From positions 1 through 41,907 of the forward strand of contig JBDKUT010000119.1 of assembly GCA_039679545.1 (NCBI GenBank): 41,907 nucleotides of DNA, in the 5' to 3' direction. This document shows, in pieces, positions 18,375-27,033 of this stretch (positions are counted from its first letter, which is position 1; each line of letters begins with the position of its first letter). Origin of the DNA: Thermotogota bacterium (GTDB lineage: Bacteria > Bipolaricaulota > Bipolaricaulia > UBA7950 > UBA9294). Below the pieces are notes generated by a model. It had not been told where the DNA came from and did not search any database. It worked only from the letters and a program-made list of their open reading frames with translations. The position numbers and the translations under genes are program-made.

Positions 18375-20706
18375 GCGAACGCGAGAGTCGTTTGTCGTTG
18401 TCGGTCAGAGCGTCCGTAAGGTCGACGGTGTCGGACTGGTCAAGGGGAAGCCGAAGTTCGTGGCCGACGTCGATTTGTCGAATGTGCTCCACATCAAGAT
18501 CCTCGGCAGCCCTCACGCGCACGCGCGCATCGTTCGAATCGATACCTCCGCGGCCGCGCAGATCCCTGATGTGGTCGCCATCCTGACGCACGAGAACACC
18601 CCTTCGACGCGGCACACGACGGCAGGGCAGGGCTATCCGGAGCCGTCGCCCTACGACGCGCGGATGTTCGACACGAAGGTCCGCTTTATCGGGGATCGCG
18701 TCGCGGCGGTGGCGGCGGAGACAGCGGCGGCGGCGGAGGAGGCCCTGCGAGCGATTCGGGTCACGTACGAACAGCTTCCCGCGGTGCTCTCGATCGACGA
18801 GGCGCGAGCCGAGGGAGCGCCCGTCATCCACGACGAGGCGGACTCGACGGGGATCTACGAGGCAGCACGGAACGTTGTTGCCGACGTGGACATCGACGTC
18901 GGCGACGTCGAGCGGGGGTTCACAGAGTCCGACGTCGTGATCGAGGCGACGTGCGAGACGCAGTACGCCCAACACACGCCGGTCGAGACCCACGTGGTCC
19001 ACAGCTACCTTGACAGCGACGATCGACTGGTTCTCCGGACGAGCACGCAGGTGCCGTTCCACGTTCGGCGCATCGTCGCGCAGACCCTCGGCATTCCCAT
19101 CCAAAGGATTCGGGTGATCAAACCGCGCGTCGGTGGGGGATTCGGCACGAAACAGGAGGTCCTGCTCGAGGACATCGCGGGTTGGGTGACGCTCCAGACG
19201 GGACGCGCCGCGTTCATCAGCCTGTCGCGTGCCGAGGAGTTCGTGGCGGCACGCACGCGCCATCCGATGCGGGTCCGGGTGAAGCTGGGTGCGAAGAAGG
19301 ACGGCGTGCTCCACGCGATCGAGATGGAGGCGACGTCGAACACGGGGGCGTACGGGGCGCACGGCCTGACCGTGCTCGCCAACACGGGTTCGAAGACGCT
19401 GCCGCTCTACAACAAGGCGAAGAACGCGCACTTCTACGGGCAGGCGGTGTACACGAACCTTCCGGTTCCGGGAGCGTACCGCGGCTACGGCGCGACGCAG
19501 GGCTACTTCCCGCTTGAGACGGCGATGGACGAACTTGCGGAGCGCCTCGGCCTCGACCCAATCGAGCTGCGGCGGCGAAACCACATCCGAGCGGGAGAGA
19601 CGTCGCCGATCTTCGAGAAGCTTGGAGAGGGTCGCGAAGGCGTCTCGCAGACGGTCAAGAGCTGCGAGCTCGAACAGTGCATTGCAGTCGGCGCCGAGCG
19701 GATCGGCTGGCGCGAGAAGCGAGGGACCCAGCGCCGGGAGGGGCCGTGGGTCCACGGCGTCGGCATGTCGATCATGATGCAGGGCTCGGGGATCCCGCAG
19801 ATCGACATGGCTGCGGCGACGATCAAAATGAACGAGGACGGCTCGTTCAACCTGCTCGTCGGAGCCACGGACATCGGGACCGGTTCGGACACGATCCTCG
19901 CCCAGATTGCCGCCGAGGTGCTCGGGGTTCCCGTGTCGCGGATGATTGTGACGTCGTCCGACACGGACCTGACGCCGTTTGATGTCGGTGCGTACGCGTC
20001 GTCGACGACGTACGTGTCGGGGATGGCCGTCCAGCGGGCCGCGGAGAAGGTCCGCGAGCAGATCCTATCGGTAGCCGTGCCGATGCTCAAAGCGTCCGTC
20101 GAGGACCTGAGGCTTGCCGGCGAGCACGTTGTCGGTTCCGGCGGAGCCCGCGTTTCGCTTGCCGAGGTGTGCCGACGGGCGATGTACTCGTCGGACCAGT
20201 TCCAGATCGCGGCGACGGCGTCGTGCGTTCCGACGGAGTCCCCGCCGCCGTTCCTGGCCAATTTCGCCGAGGTAGCCGTGGACCTGGAGACGGGGCGCGT
20301 GAAGGTCGTGCACTACGTGGCCACCGTGGACTGCGGCGTCGCGATCAACCCCCTCATGGCGGAGGGTCAGATGGAGGGGGCCATCGTCAACGGGATCGGT
20401 TACGCCTTGAGCGAGGAGATGCTGATCAGCTCGACGGGGCGGGTGCGAAACCCGTCTCTCTTCGACTACAAGATCCCGGGGGCTCTCGACGTCCCGAACC
20501 TTGAGGTGATCCTCGTAGGATCGTACGAGCCGACGGGTCCGATGGGTGCGAAGTCCGTGGGCGAGATTGGGATCAACGGGCCGATTCCCACGATCGCCAA
20601 CGCGATCTACGACGCCGTGGGCATCCGCCTGCGGCGAACGCCGTTCACGCCGGAACGAGTGCTTACGGCGCTCGAGGGTGAGCGACGGCGGAAAGGAGAG
20701 CGATGA
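18367..20706 (+). CDS. Molybdopterin-binding (large) subunit, xanthine dehydrogenase family (XdhD-like)
   Basis: SPHAHARI, STQVPF, VGGGFGTKQE, GAYRGYGATQ, DIGTGSDT, GAYASSTT, EGQMEG and GAKSVGE (catalytic Glu). Confidence 0.95.
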   Translation: MAERTRESFVVVGQSVRKVDGVGLVKGKPKFVADVDLSNVLHIKILGSPHAHARIVRIDTSAAAQIPDVVAILTHENTPSTRHTTAGQGYPEPSPYDARMFDTKVRFIGDRVAAVAAETAAAAEEALRAIRVTYEQLPAVLSIDEARAEGAPVIHDEADSTGIYEAARNVVADVDIDVGDVERGFTESDVVIEATCETQYAQHTPVETHVVHSYLDSDDRLVLRTSTQVPFHVRRIVAQTLGIPIQRIRVIKPRVGGGFGTKQEVLLEDIAGWVTLQTGRAAFISLSRAEEFVAARTRHPMRVRVKLGAKKDGVLHAIEMEATSNTGAYGAHGLTVLANTGSKTLPLYNKAKNAHFYGQAVYTNLPVPGAYRGYGATQGYFPLETAMDELAERLGLDPIELRRRNHIRAGETSPIFEKLGEGREGVSQTVKSCELEQCIAVGAERIGWREKRGTQRREGPWVHGVGMSIMMQGSGIPQIDMAAATIKMNEDGSFNLLVGATDIGTGSDTILAQIAAEVLGVPVSRMIVTSSDTDLTPFDVGAYASSTTYVSGMAVQRAAEKVREQILSVAVPMLKASVEDLRLAGEHVVGSGGARVSLAEVCRRAMYSSDQFQIAATASCVPTESPPPFLANFAEVAVDLETGRVKVVHYVATVDCGVAINPLMAEGQMEGAIVNGIGYALSEEMLISSTGRVRNPSLFDYKIPGALDVPNLEVILVGSYEPTGPMGAKSVGEIGINGPIPTIANAIYDAVGIRLRRTPFTPERVLTALEGERRRKGER

Positions 20707-21374
20707 AGGTTCTTGTCGTAACATCCAGCCCGAACGAAGCTGGCCTGACCGCTGCGTGCGGGGAAGCGGCGAGACAGGGGGTTGTGGACGGCCGGAGTCC
20801 GGCACGGGTGGTCAACCTACCGAGCTACATGATCGAGCGGTGCGCGGTCTGTGCGGATGGCTGGGGTTCGTGCAAGACGACGCACGAGTGCCAGTTGGAG
20901 GACGACTTCGAGGAATTGCATGCGATGTTCGCTGAGGCCGAGGCATTCGTGTGGGTGACGCCGGTGTACTTCGGCGAGCCGAGTGAGGCGTTCAAGGCCT
21001 TCTTCGATCGGCTGCGTCGCTGCGAAGCCACGAAGTCGGGGAGCGCGGCGAGCGCGCTCGCGGAGAAACCGACGATCTGCGTGGCCGCAGCGGGCGGTTC
21101 CGGGAACGGAGCGGTGTCCTGCCTTGCCGCGATGGAGCGGCTGGCTAAGCAACTCGGCGCGATGACGGTCGACTTCATCCCGGTAACCCAGAGGACGCGC
21201 GAGTACCAGTTGGAAACCATCCACGACGCGCTGGTGGCGCTCTGCACGGAGACGTCGAAGCTCGCGAGGAAACAGCAGCTGCCGATCTCCGCGCGCAAGG
21301 CCCAGAGGCCGCCGCGCGGGCGGCCAGACCGCCGCGGGCATCGAAAGAGCGCACCACGCGAAGACGACGAGTAG
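20703..21374 (+). CDS. Iron-sulfur flavoprotein / flavodoxin-like FMN reductase family
   Basis: SSPNEAGLT FMN loop, CxxC-x6-C-x5-C, TPVYFG and KAFFDRL; ATGA overlap with the Mo subunit. Confidence 0.85.
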   Translation: MKVLVVTSSPNEAGLTAACGEAARQGVVDGRSPARVVNLPSYMIERCAVCADGWGSCKTTHECQLEDDFEELHAMFAEAEAFVWVTPVYFGEPSEAFKAFFDRLRRCEATKSGSAASALAEKPTICVAAAGGSGNGAVSCLAAMERLAKQLGAMTVDFIPVTQRTREYQLETIHDALVALCTETSKLARKQQLPISARKAQRPPRGRPDRRGHRKSAPREDDE

Positions 21375-21419
21375 TCAGGAAGAGACCCGGGCGCCGAACG
21401 ATCCGACCGGATCTCTCCG

Positions 21420-22910
21420 CTAGAGCTTGTAGATTGCCCCGTACTTTTCCGTCACGTAGGTGACGAAGTGCGAGCCGTCGAGTTCGTGGCCGGTAATTCG
21501 CTTCATGAGCTCCTGGGGCTCGTACGCCCCACCGTGCCGGTGGACCTTCTCGCGTAGCCATCCGAGGAGCGGCTCGAAGTCGCCGGCCTGGATCGCCTTG
21601 TCGAGTGTCGGGATCTCCTTGCGGATCGTGCGGAACATCTGGGCCGCGTAGAGGTTCCCCAACATGTACGACGGGAAGTAGCCGAAATAGCCCATCGACC
21701 AGTGTACGTCCTGCAACACGCCCTGCGCGTCGTTCGGGGGAACGACACCGAGGTAGCGCTTCATCGCGTCGTTCCACAGCCGTGGGAGTTCGGCGACGTC
21801 GATCGAGCCGTCGAGGAGGCCCGCCTCGATCTCGAACCGTACCATGATGTGGAAGTTGTACGTGACCTCGTCCGCTTCGACGCGGATGAGCGACGGCGAA
21901 ACGACGTTTGCGGCGGCGTACAGGTCCTTCGCCTTTGCCTTTTTGAACTGGGGGAAGAACTCGGCGAGAACGGGCTGGAAGAAGGTCCAGAACGGGAGGC
22001 TTCGCCCAATCTGGTTCTCAATCATCCGAGATTGGGATTCGTGAATGCCGTTCGACGATCCGCGAGCAAGGCCGAGGGCATACAGCTCCTCTGGCATTCC
22101 CTGGTTGTAGAGTGCGTGCCCGCCCTCGTGGAGGGCGCCGAACAGACTCGACAAGAGATGCTGTTCCAGGTAGCGGTTCGTGATTCGGACGTCGCCCGGT
22201 CCGATCGTTGTGGTGAAGGGGTGGGCGACGTCGGCGAGATCGCCGGCGTCGAAGTCGTAACGGATGACCTCAAGGGCGCGTCGGCAGAGACGACGCTGCG
22301 TTTCCGCGGCGAACGTGCCGTTGAGGAGCGACGTGTCGGGGCGCGTTCCCTTCTCCGTCAGTTGTCGGAGGAACGGAACGAGTTCGGCGCGCAGGGGCTC
22401 GATGATCGCCTTGAGCTTTCGGCACGTCATGGCGGGCTCGTAGTCCTCCAGGAGCGCGTCGTACGGATGTTCCTCGTAGCCGTAGTACTCGGCGAACTTG
22501 CGCGCGTAGCCCACCATCTTCTCGAGGTGGGGTTGGAAGGCGGCGAAGTCGGAGGCCTGCCGCGCCGCGACCCACGCGGTCTGCGCTTGGGATTGTGCAA
22601 TGCTCTGCTCCTCGATCAGCTCCGCGGGGATCGCACGGTTGCGGTCGTGATCCTTCCCGATGCGGCGGACGCTTGCCCGCTCAAGTTCGCACAGCCCGTC
22701 GGTGTTCCGGAGCTCCGCAAGGTACTTCCCGAGCTCCTCGGAGACGAGGAGCTCAAACTGCATCTTGTTGAGCTTGCCCATGACCTGAGAACGGATCGCG
22801 ACGCCCTTCGCTGGCATGTACGTCTGCTGGTCCCATCCGAGGAGACTCAAGGCGGAGCCGAGCTTGCTCATATCGGCGACGATGCCTCGATACGCAGTCA
22901 GCGTGTTCAA
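21420..22910 (-). CDS. Thermostable carboxypeptidase, peptidase M32
   Basis: WDQQTYMP, YDALL..YEP, HPF, HEGGH, HESQS, IRVEADE and QDVHW..G.FGYFPSY; TTG start. Confidence 0.96.
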   Translation of the reverse strand: MNTLTAYRGIVADMSKLGSALSLLGWDQQTYMPAKGVAIRSQVMGKLNKMQFELLVSEELGKYLAELRNTDGLCELERASVRRIGKDHDRNRAIPAELIEEQSIAQSQAQTAWVAARQASDFAAFQPHLEKMVGYARKFAEYYGYEEHPYDALLEDYEPAMTCRKLKAIIEPLRAELVPFLRQLTEKGTRPDTSLLNGTFAAETQRRLCRRALEVIRYDFDAGDLADVAHPFTTTIGPGDVRITNRYLEQHLLSSLFGALHEGGHALYNQGMPEELYALGLARGSSNGIHESQSRMIENQIGRSLPFWTFFQPVLAEFFPQFKKAKAKDLYAAANVVSPSLIRVEADEVTYNFHIMVRFEIEAGLLDGSIDVAELPRLWNDAMKRYLGVVPPNDAQGVLQDVHWSMGYFGYFPSYMLGNLYAAQMFRTIRKEIPTLDKAIQAGDFEPLLGWLREKVHRHGGAYEPQELMKRITGHELDGSHFVTYVTEKYGAIYKL

Positions 22911-23005
22911 CGTGCCCCCTTGCGTCGCCGAGAACAGGCGACGGAACCAAGATAAGTGCAGTATACCCCACCCCGGGCGACGGCAGACGCCGGGAGGATG
23001 GCGGC

Positions 23006-23737
23006 CTAGAGATACAGGTCGATAAGATCGGCGGAGAGCGTCGCGGGGTGTCCGGCGAATCGAACGATTCCGTCAGCGTCGATAACGAACGTTCTTGGGA
23101 TCCCGACGACGCCGTAGGCCCGGGCCACAGCCTGGGATGCCTTGGCGGAATCCCACACGGCGATCATCCCGTCGTACCGGTTGGCCCGAAGGTACGTTCG
23201 CGCGTCGCTCTCCGTGCGGTCGAGGCTGATCCCGATGAGGACGACGCCGTGGTCGCGATAACCTTCCCACAGGGCGTGCAGGGCGGGCATCGAGGTCCGA
23301 CACGGTCCGCACCAGCTTGCCCAGAAGTCGAGAACCACGATGTGCCCGCGGTAACTGGACAACGTGACCGACTCGCCGTTCAGAGTGCGTAGCGTGAAGT
23401 CAGGCGCGCGGCTCCCGCGCGCGTACCCGATGGGAGGCTCCTCGGCCGTCACGGGCGAGGCCGCGGGAGAAGCCTCGGCGACGGGTCCGGGCGTCGAGGG
23501 TGTCTGAACCGTCTGTGCCTCCGCGACAGCCGTCTCGTGAGTTTCTTCTTCGACGGGCGCCGTCTCCGGCGGGGACACCGGGATGCTCGCCGGTTCTCGG
23601 GAGACGGTCGGAGGGGGCGGCGCGAGGGGGCCGAAAGCGAAGACGTAGACGAGGGCTCCGACTGCGGCGACTCCGGCGACGAGAAGGATGGCGAAGAGGC
23701 ATCGTTGAAACTTTGATCGACCCGGCTGATTGGCCAC
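23006..23737 (-). CDS. Membrane-anchored TlpA/ResA-family thiol-disulfide oxidoreductase
   Basis: N-terminal TM helix, Pro/Ala/Glu/Thr linker, APDFTL, DFWASWCGPC and GIPRTFVID. Start GTG 23737 (SD AAGGGG); alternative ATG 23752. Confidence 0.88.
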   Translation of the reverse strand: MANQPGRSKFQRCLFAILLVAGVAAVGALVYVFAFGPLAPPPPTVSREPASIPVSPPETAPVEEETHETAVAEAQTVQTPSTPGPVAEASPAASPVTAEEPPIGYARGSRAPDFTLRTLNGESVTLSSYRGHIVVLDFWASWCGPCRTSMPALHALWEGYRDHGVVLIGISLDRTESDARTYLRANRYDGMIAVWDSAKASQAVARAYGVVGIPRTFVIDADGIVRFAGHPATLSADLIDLYL

Positions 23738-23901
23738 GGTTTTCCCCTTCATGCGCCGCCTGCTCACTTTCCCCTGCGTGGGTTCGGGGACCTTACGCGA
23801 AGACCGTCGGGCGATCAAGCGATCTCTGAGTCGAGGTGTCTTTCGTCTCTCGGCCGCGTGCAGTACGATCGATGGAGAAGTCGCAGAACGCAGGAGGACG
23901 C

Positions 23902-24351
23902 ATGACGAAGCGGGGATGGCGGATTGTAGGGGCTGTGGTCGTTGTTGCGGCGATCATCGCGGTCGTACTCCTCTGGCCGGCGCCGGATCCGCTCGCCGGC
24001 GTGCGCACCGTAGCGATTCGGGTGGGGAACGAGCCGTCTCCGGCCGGGGTTCTGGACCTCGAAGCGGCGCTGCGGATCAAGCTCGGGGATCGCGACATTC
24101 GCATCATCTCGGACGAGGGCTCGGCCGACGCCGTGCTCGCCCTGACGGCGGCGCGGCTGAACCTCGGCAACGTTGAGGTGAACTTCACGAGCGGGACGGT
24201 GAACGCCCGAGCCACAGCAGTATGCCGGATCACGGACGTGCGAACGGGGCGGAGCCATGTCATGGACTTCCGCGTCGTCGCGGCGAACGGCGAAGTCCGC
24301 GCCAACCTTGTCGCGCGGAAGTTCTGGCAGTTCTGGAAGCCGCAGCCATAG
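23902..24351 (+). CDS. Hypothetical membrane-anchored protein
   Basis: SD AGGAGG; N-terminal TM helix; C-terminal RKFWQFWK. Confidence 0.75.
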   Translation: MTKRGWRIVGAVVVVAAIIAVVLLWPAPDPLAGVRTVAIRVGNEPSPAGVLDLEAALRIKLGDRDIRIISDEGSADAVLALTAARLNLGNVEVNFTSGTVNARATAVCRITDVRTGRSHVMDFRVVAANGEVRANLVARKFWQFWKPQP

Positions 24352-24365
24352 AGCTAGAACGCCTA

Positions 24366-25286
24366 CTACGTCTTCGGTGTGGCCGTTTCTGTGCCGGCCG
24401 GCGCGATCTCGACGCGCTCGGCTCCCGGTAGGATGACGACGCGCGTGCGGACGTCCGCGGTGTCGGCCCGCGGCGAGGCCACGGAGGTCGGGCCGCGCTG
24501 GTAGGCGTCCGGGACGAGCAGTCGACCGACAGCGTCGGTTCCCTCGACCACAAGCCCGATTCCTTCGGGAACCTCGATGCGCACGGATTCCGCGGTGACG
24601 TAGGCCGTCCCCGCCCGAACCTTGGACAGGCGGATCGAGGCCTCTCCGTCGGCCCGGACGTAAAGCACGGCGACGTTCGACTTCGTGAGGTCAACGTCGC
24701 ACCGGGCTCCGGAGAGCGAGACCGTCATCGCCAGCTCGTCCGCGACGCGAAGGTCCCAAGCGGGCCGGTGACGCGGGGAGCGAACCGTGAACGGCAGGCG
24801 AGGCTTGCCCTGAAGCTCGAGGCGGAATGCCGTTCCGTCCGCTTCCGACACTCGCGTAAAGCGATCCATCCAACGAACCTCCGCCGATCCCTCGACGAGG
24901 CGGTCGTGGGAAGCTCCTCCGCTCAGGGTCATCGCGCACTCGGGGCACGCCGCCGCGATCTCGACGGCGGACGCCGCCGGAAGAGGCTCGCGAATCTGGA
25001 CGGTCTCCGTGATCCAATGTGCGGGAACGGCGAAGTTCACGGCGGCGAAGGCCGCGGCCGCGACGACGCACACGAGGACGAGCACGCCGAAGGCGTGTCC
25101 TGACGAGGCCCTCGACAGAAAGAGGTCCACCCCGAGCAGGATGATCACGATCGGCCAGCCTCGCAAGACGACGTGCCACGTGTCTCGCGCGTCGAGCACG
25201 CCGAAGTTGACGAGGAGGACGACAACGCCGAATGCGATGAGAAGGAGAGGAACGAGGATCGCGCCTCGGAATGGTCGGCCCGTCAC
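24366..25286 (-). CDS. LiaF/DUF5668-like membrane protein with C-terminal beta-rich extracytoplasmic domain
   Basis: PLLLIAFGVVVLLVNFG...GWPIVIILLGV hairpin and a third TM segment; GTGA coupling to the upstream gene. Confidence 0.75.
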   Translation of the reverse strand: MTGRPFRGAILVPLLLIAFGVVVLLVNFGVLDARDTWHVVLRGWPIVIILLGVDLFLSRASSGHAFGVLVLVCVVAAAAFAAVNFAVPAHWITETVQIREPLPAASAVEIAAACPECAMTLSGGASHDRLVEGSAEVRWMDRFTRVSEADGTAFRLELQGKPRLPFTVRSPRHRPAWDLRVADELAMTVSLSGARCDVDLTKSNVAVLYVRADGEASIRLSKVRAGTAYVTAESVRIEVPEGIGLVVEGTDAVGRLLVPDAYQRGPTSVASPRADTADVRTRVVILPGAERVEIAPAGTETATPKT

Positions 25287-25474
25287 GACGAACCCCCTCT
25301 CACCCCTCGGAGGAGCGCGCTCAGTCCGATGGCAATCAGAAGGACGGGCCAAAATCGGGCGATGTCCTCCCACACGGCCCACGAGACGACTTCGAGCGTG
25401 TTCAAGAGAAGCACGATTCCCGCTCCAAGGACGAGAAGCGGGAGGATGAGTTCGCTAAGGTGTCGAAGGTTCAC
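25283..25474 (-). CDS. Small DUF5668 (LiaI/LiaF-like) membrane protein, 63 aa
   Basis: [15 protein letters not shown]...[14 protein letters not shown] start overlaps the pspC stop. It is the 3' part of the listed ORF 25283-26233. Confidence 0.8.
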   Translation of the reverse strand: MNLRHLSELILPLLVLGAGIVLLLNTLEVVSWAVWEDIARFWPVLLIAIGLSALLRGVRGGSS

Positions 25475-25941
25475 TTCGATCCTCCTCCCCGGAGACGCCG
25501 CCACAGGAGGGCAACGCCGAGGCCGATCGGAATGATCGGCCACAGGATTCCGAGCCTGATCCATCGGGCCCACGATACGCCCACGTTGCGCAATAAGAAG
25601 ACGACGCCGATCAAGATCAGCACGAGAGCAACGACGACCGTGGCGCCTGAGCGACGCGACCCCTCGGGCGACCGCAGGTCTTCGGTCATGGTCCGGGCGC
25701 GATCGGCAATTTCCTCCGCTCCTTCGTGGATCCGCTCTCCGAGGTCTGCCGTCGGTTGGTTCTCGGTCGGGACGACGAGCCAGAGAACGAAGTAGGCGAG
25801 GATCCCGACTCCCGTGACGACGGCGAAGAGGACGAACAAGAGACGGATCAGGGTGACGTCTACGCTGAAGTACTCGGCGAGCCCGCCGCAGACCCCTCCG
25901 AGCATCGAGTTGGTTCGGCTCCGGTAGAGCCTCTTCTCCAT
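25471..25941 (-). CDS. pspC: PspC-domain protein with C-terminal DUF5668-like hairpin
   Basis: [23 protein letters not shown]...[11 protein letters not shown]; strong SD; TATACT at 25962-25967. Confidence 0.9.
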   Translation of the reverse strand: MEKRLYRSRTNSMLGGVCGGLAEYFSVDVTLIRLLFVLFAVVTGVGILAYFVLWLVVPTENQPTADLGERIHEGAEEIADRARTMTEDLRSPEGSRRSGATVVVALVLILIGVVFLLRNVGVSWARWIRLGILWPIIPIGLGVALLWRRLRGGGSK

Positions 25942-26013
25942 GGTTCCTCCTCCTTGAGGAAAGTATACGGACAGCGCGGGCGCCGGTCACCGCTGCCACG
26001 GCGGGCCGCGAAC

Positions 26014-26559
26014 CTAGAGAAGCGGCTCCATGCCGGGAACTCGCAGGCCGGAGCGCCGGAAGGCCTCCTCGAGAATCTTCCACGTCGTGAGGCAGTCCGC
26101 GACGGCGTTGTGTGCCGATTCCTGGGTCACTCCGAAGTACGCGGCCGCCTTTGACAGCGACTGCCAGACGTAGGCGCCGCGACTTTTGTCCCATTCGCCG
26201 TAGAGACGCGCGAACCATTCCATCGCGCACCACGGGCGGAAGACGGGAATTTCGATCCCGTAGCGGGCATACGTATTGCGGAGTACCTGCGTGTCGTAAG
26301 CGGCGTTGTAGATGACCACGAGCCGACCGTCAAGTACTCGAGAGACGCTGTCGGCAACGGTCGGGAACTCCGGTCGGTCCGCGACAGACTCCAGCGTAAT
26401 TCCGGAGATGCGGCTCGCCTCCGGCTCGATTGGTTTTGCCGGGCGAACCGTCTCGAATAGCACCGTCCGCCCGTGGCGGTCGACTACGGCGACCGAGACG
26501 AGTTCTGGCGCAAGGAGGCCTGTAGTCTCGGTGTCGAGAATGACAAAATGCTCGTCCAT
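26014..26559 (-). CDS. DEDDh 3'-5' exonuclease (DnaQ/RNase T superfamily)
   Basis: ExoI LDTETTG, ExoII YNAAYD and ExoIII HNAVAD. Confidence 0.9.
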   Translation of the reverse strand: MDEHFVILDTETTGLLAPELVSVAVVDRHGRTVLFETVRPAKPIEPEASRISGITLESVADRPEFPTVADSVSRVLDGRLVVIYNAAYDTQVLRNTYARYGIEIPVFRPWCAMEWFARLYGEWDKSRGAYVWQSLSKAAAYFGVTQESAHNAVADCLTTWKILEEAFRRSGLRVPGMEPLL

Positions 26560-26696
26560 CAGGGGACGAAGCTCCGCCCAAGGGCCTTGCGCCGAGACGA
26601 TCGCTGCGCTCAGGATCGAGCTCCTTCCGACATGCGCAAAACGCCGTCCGAAGCAACGCTCGGGCGGCACCCATCGAACTTGTCGGTGCAGACGAC

Positions 26697-26927
26697 CTAG
26701 TCGCTCCTCCACCACCGGCGCACACGCGTCGACGCACCGAGGCCGACTCCGGCGAAGAAAATGATCGACAGGAACCACAGCGCGGCCGCCTGCCAGTAGT
26801 TCACTTTCACCGCGACGAGGCCAAGCTGATCGACCAGGATGCTGTTCCAGAGCGCCTCAATGACCCAGCTGAAGAAGAAGAACGCTCCGATGCCACCTCC
26901 GGTGATGACTCCTCGCAATACCCTCAT
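26697..26927 (-). CDS. Small hypothetical membrane protein (two TM segments)
   Basis: Two hydrophobic segments, NYWQA motif and basic tail; purine-rich SD and TATGAT upstream. Confidence 0.75.
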   Translation of the reverse strand: MRVLRGVITGGGIGAFFFFSWVIEALWNSILVDQLGLVAVKVNYWQAAALWFLSIIFFAGVGLGASTRVRRWWRSD

Positions 26928-27033
26928 CTGTCAACCCTTCCTTTCGAGTTCGAGGGATCGAACCCTCGGACCCCCATCATAGGTGTGTCGCGGTCACGGA
27001 ACCAGCGGTTCAACGGTGCCGAATCTGCCTTGC

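Noticed and set aside
8593..21374. Selenocysteine (UGA) readthrough in the ygfK / Mo-hydroxylase genes
   Set aside because: All the proteins look full-length, and their UGA stops are coupled to or closely followed by the next start. No truncated domain calls for recoding.
21379..21418. Imperfect inverted repeat between convergent genes
   Set aside because: Large loop and no U-tract; too weak to call a terminator.
26949..26970. tRNA T-arm-like GAGGGTTCGATCCCTC on the minus strand
   Set aside because: The loop is 6 nt, with no D-arm, anticodon arm or acceptor stem; it is more likely a 5' UTR hairpin of the small membrane gene.
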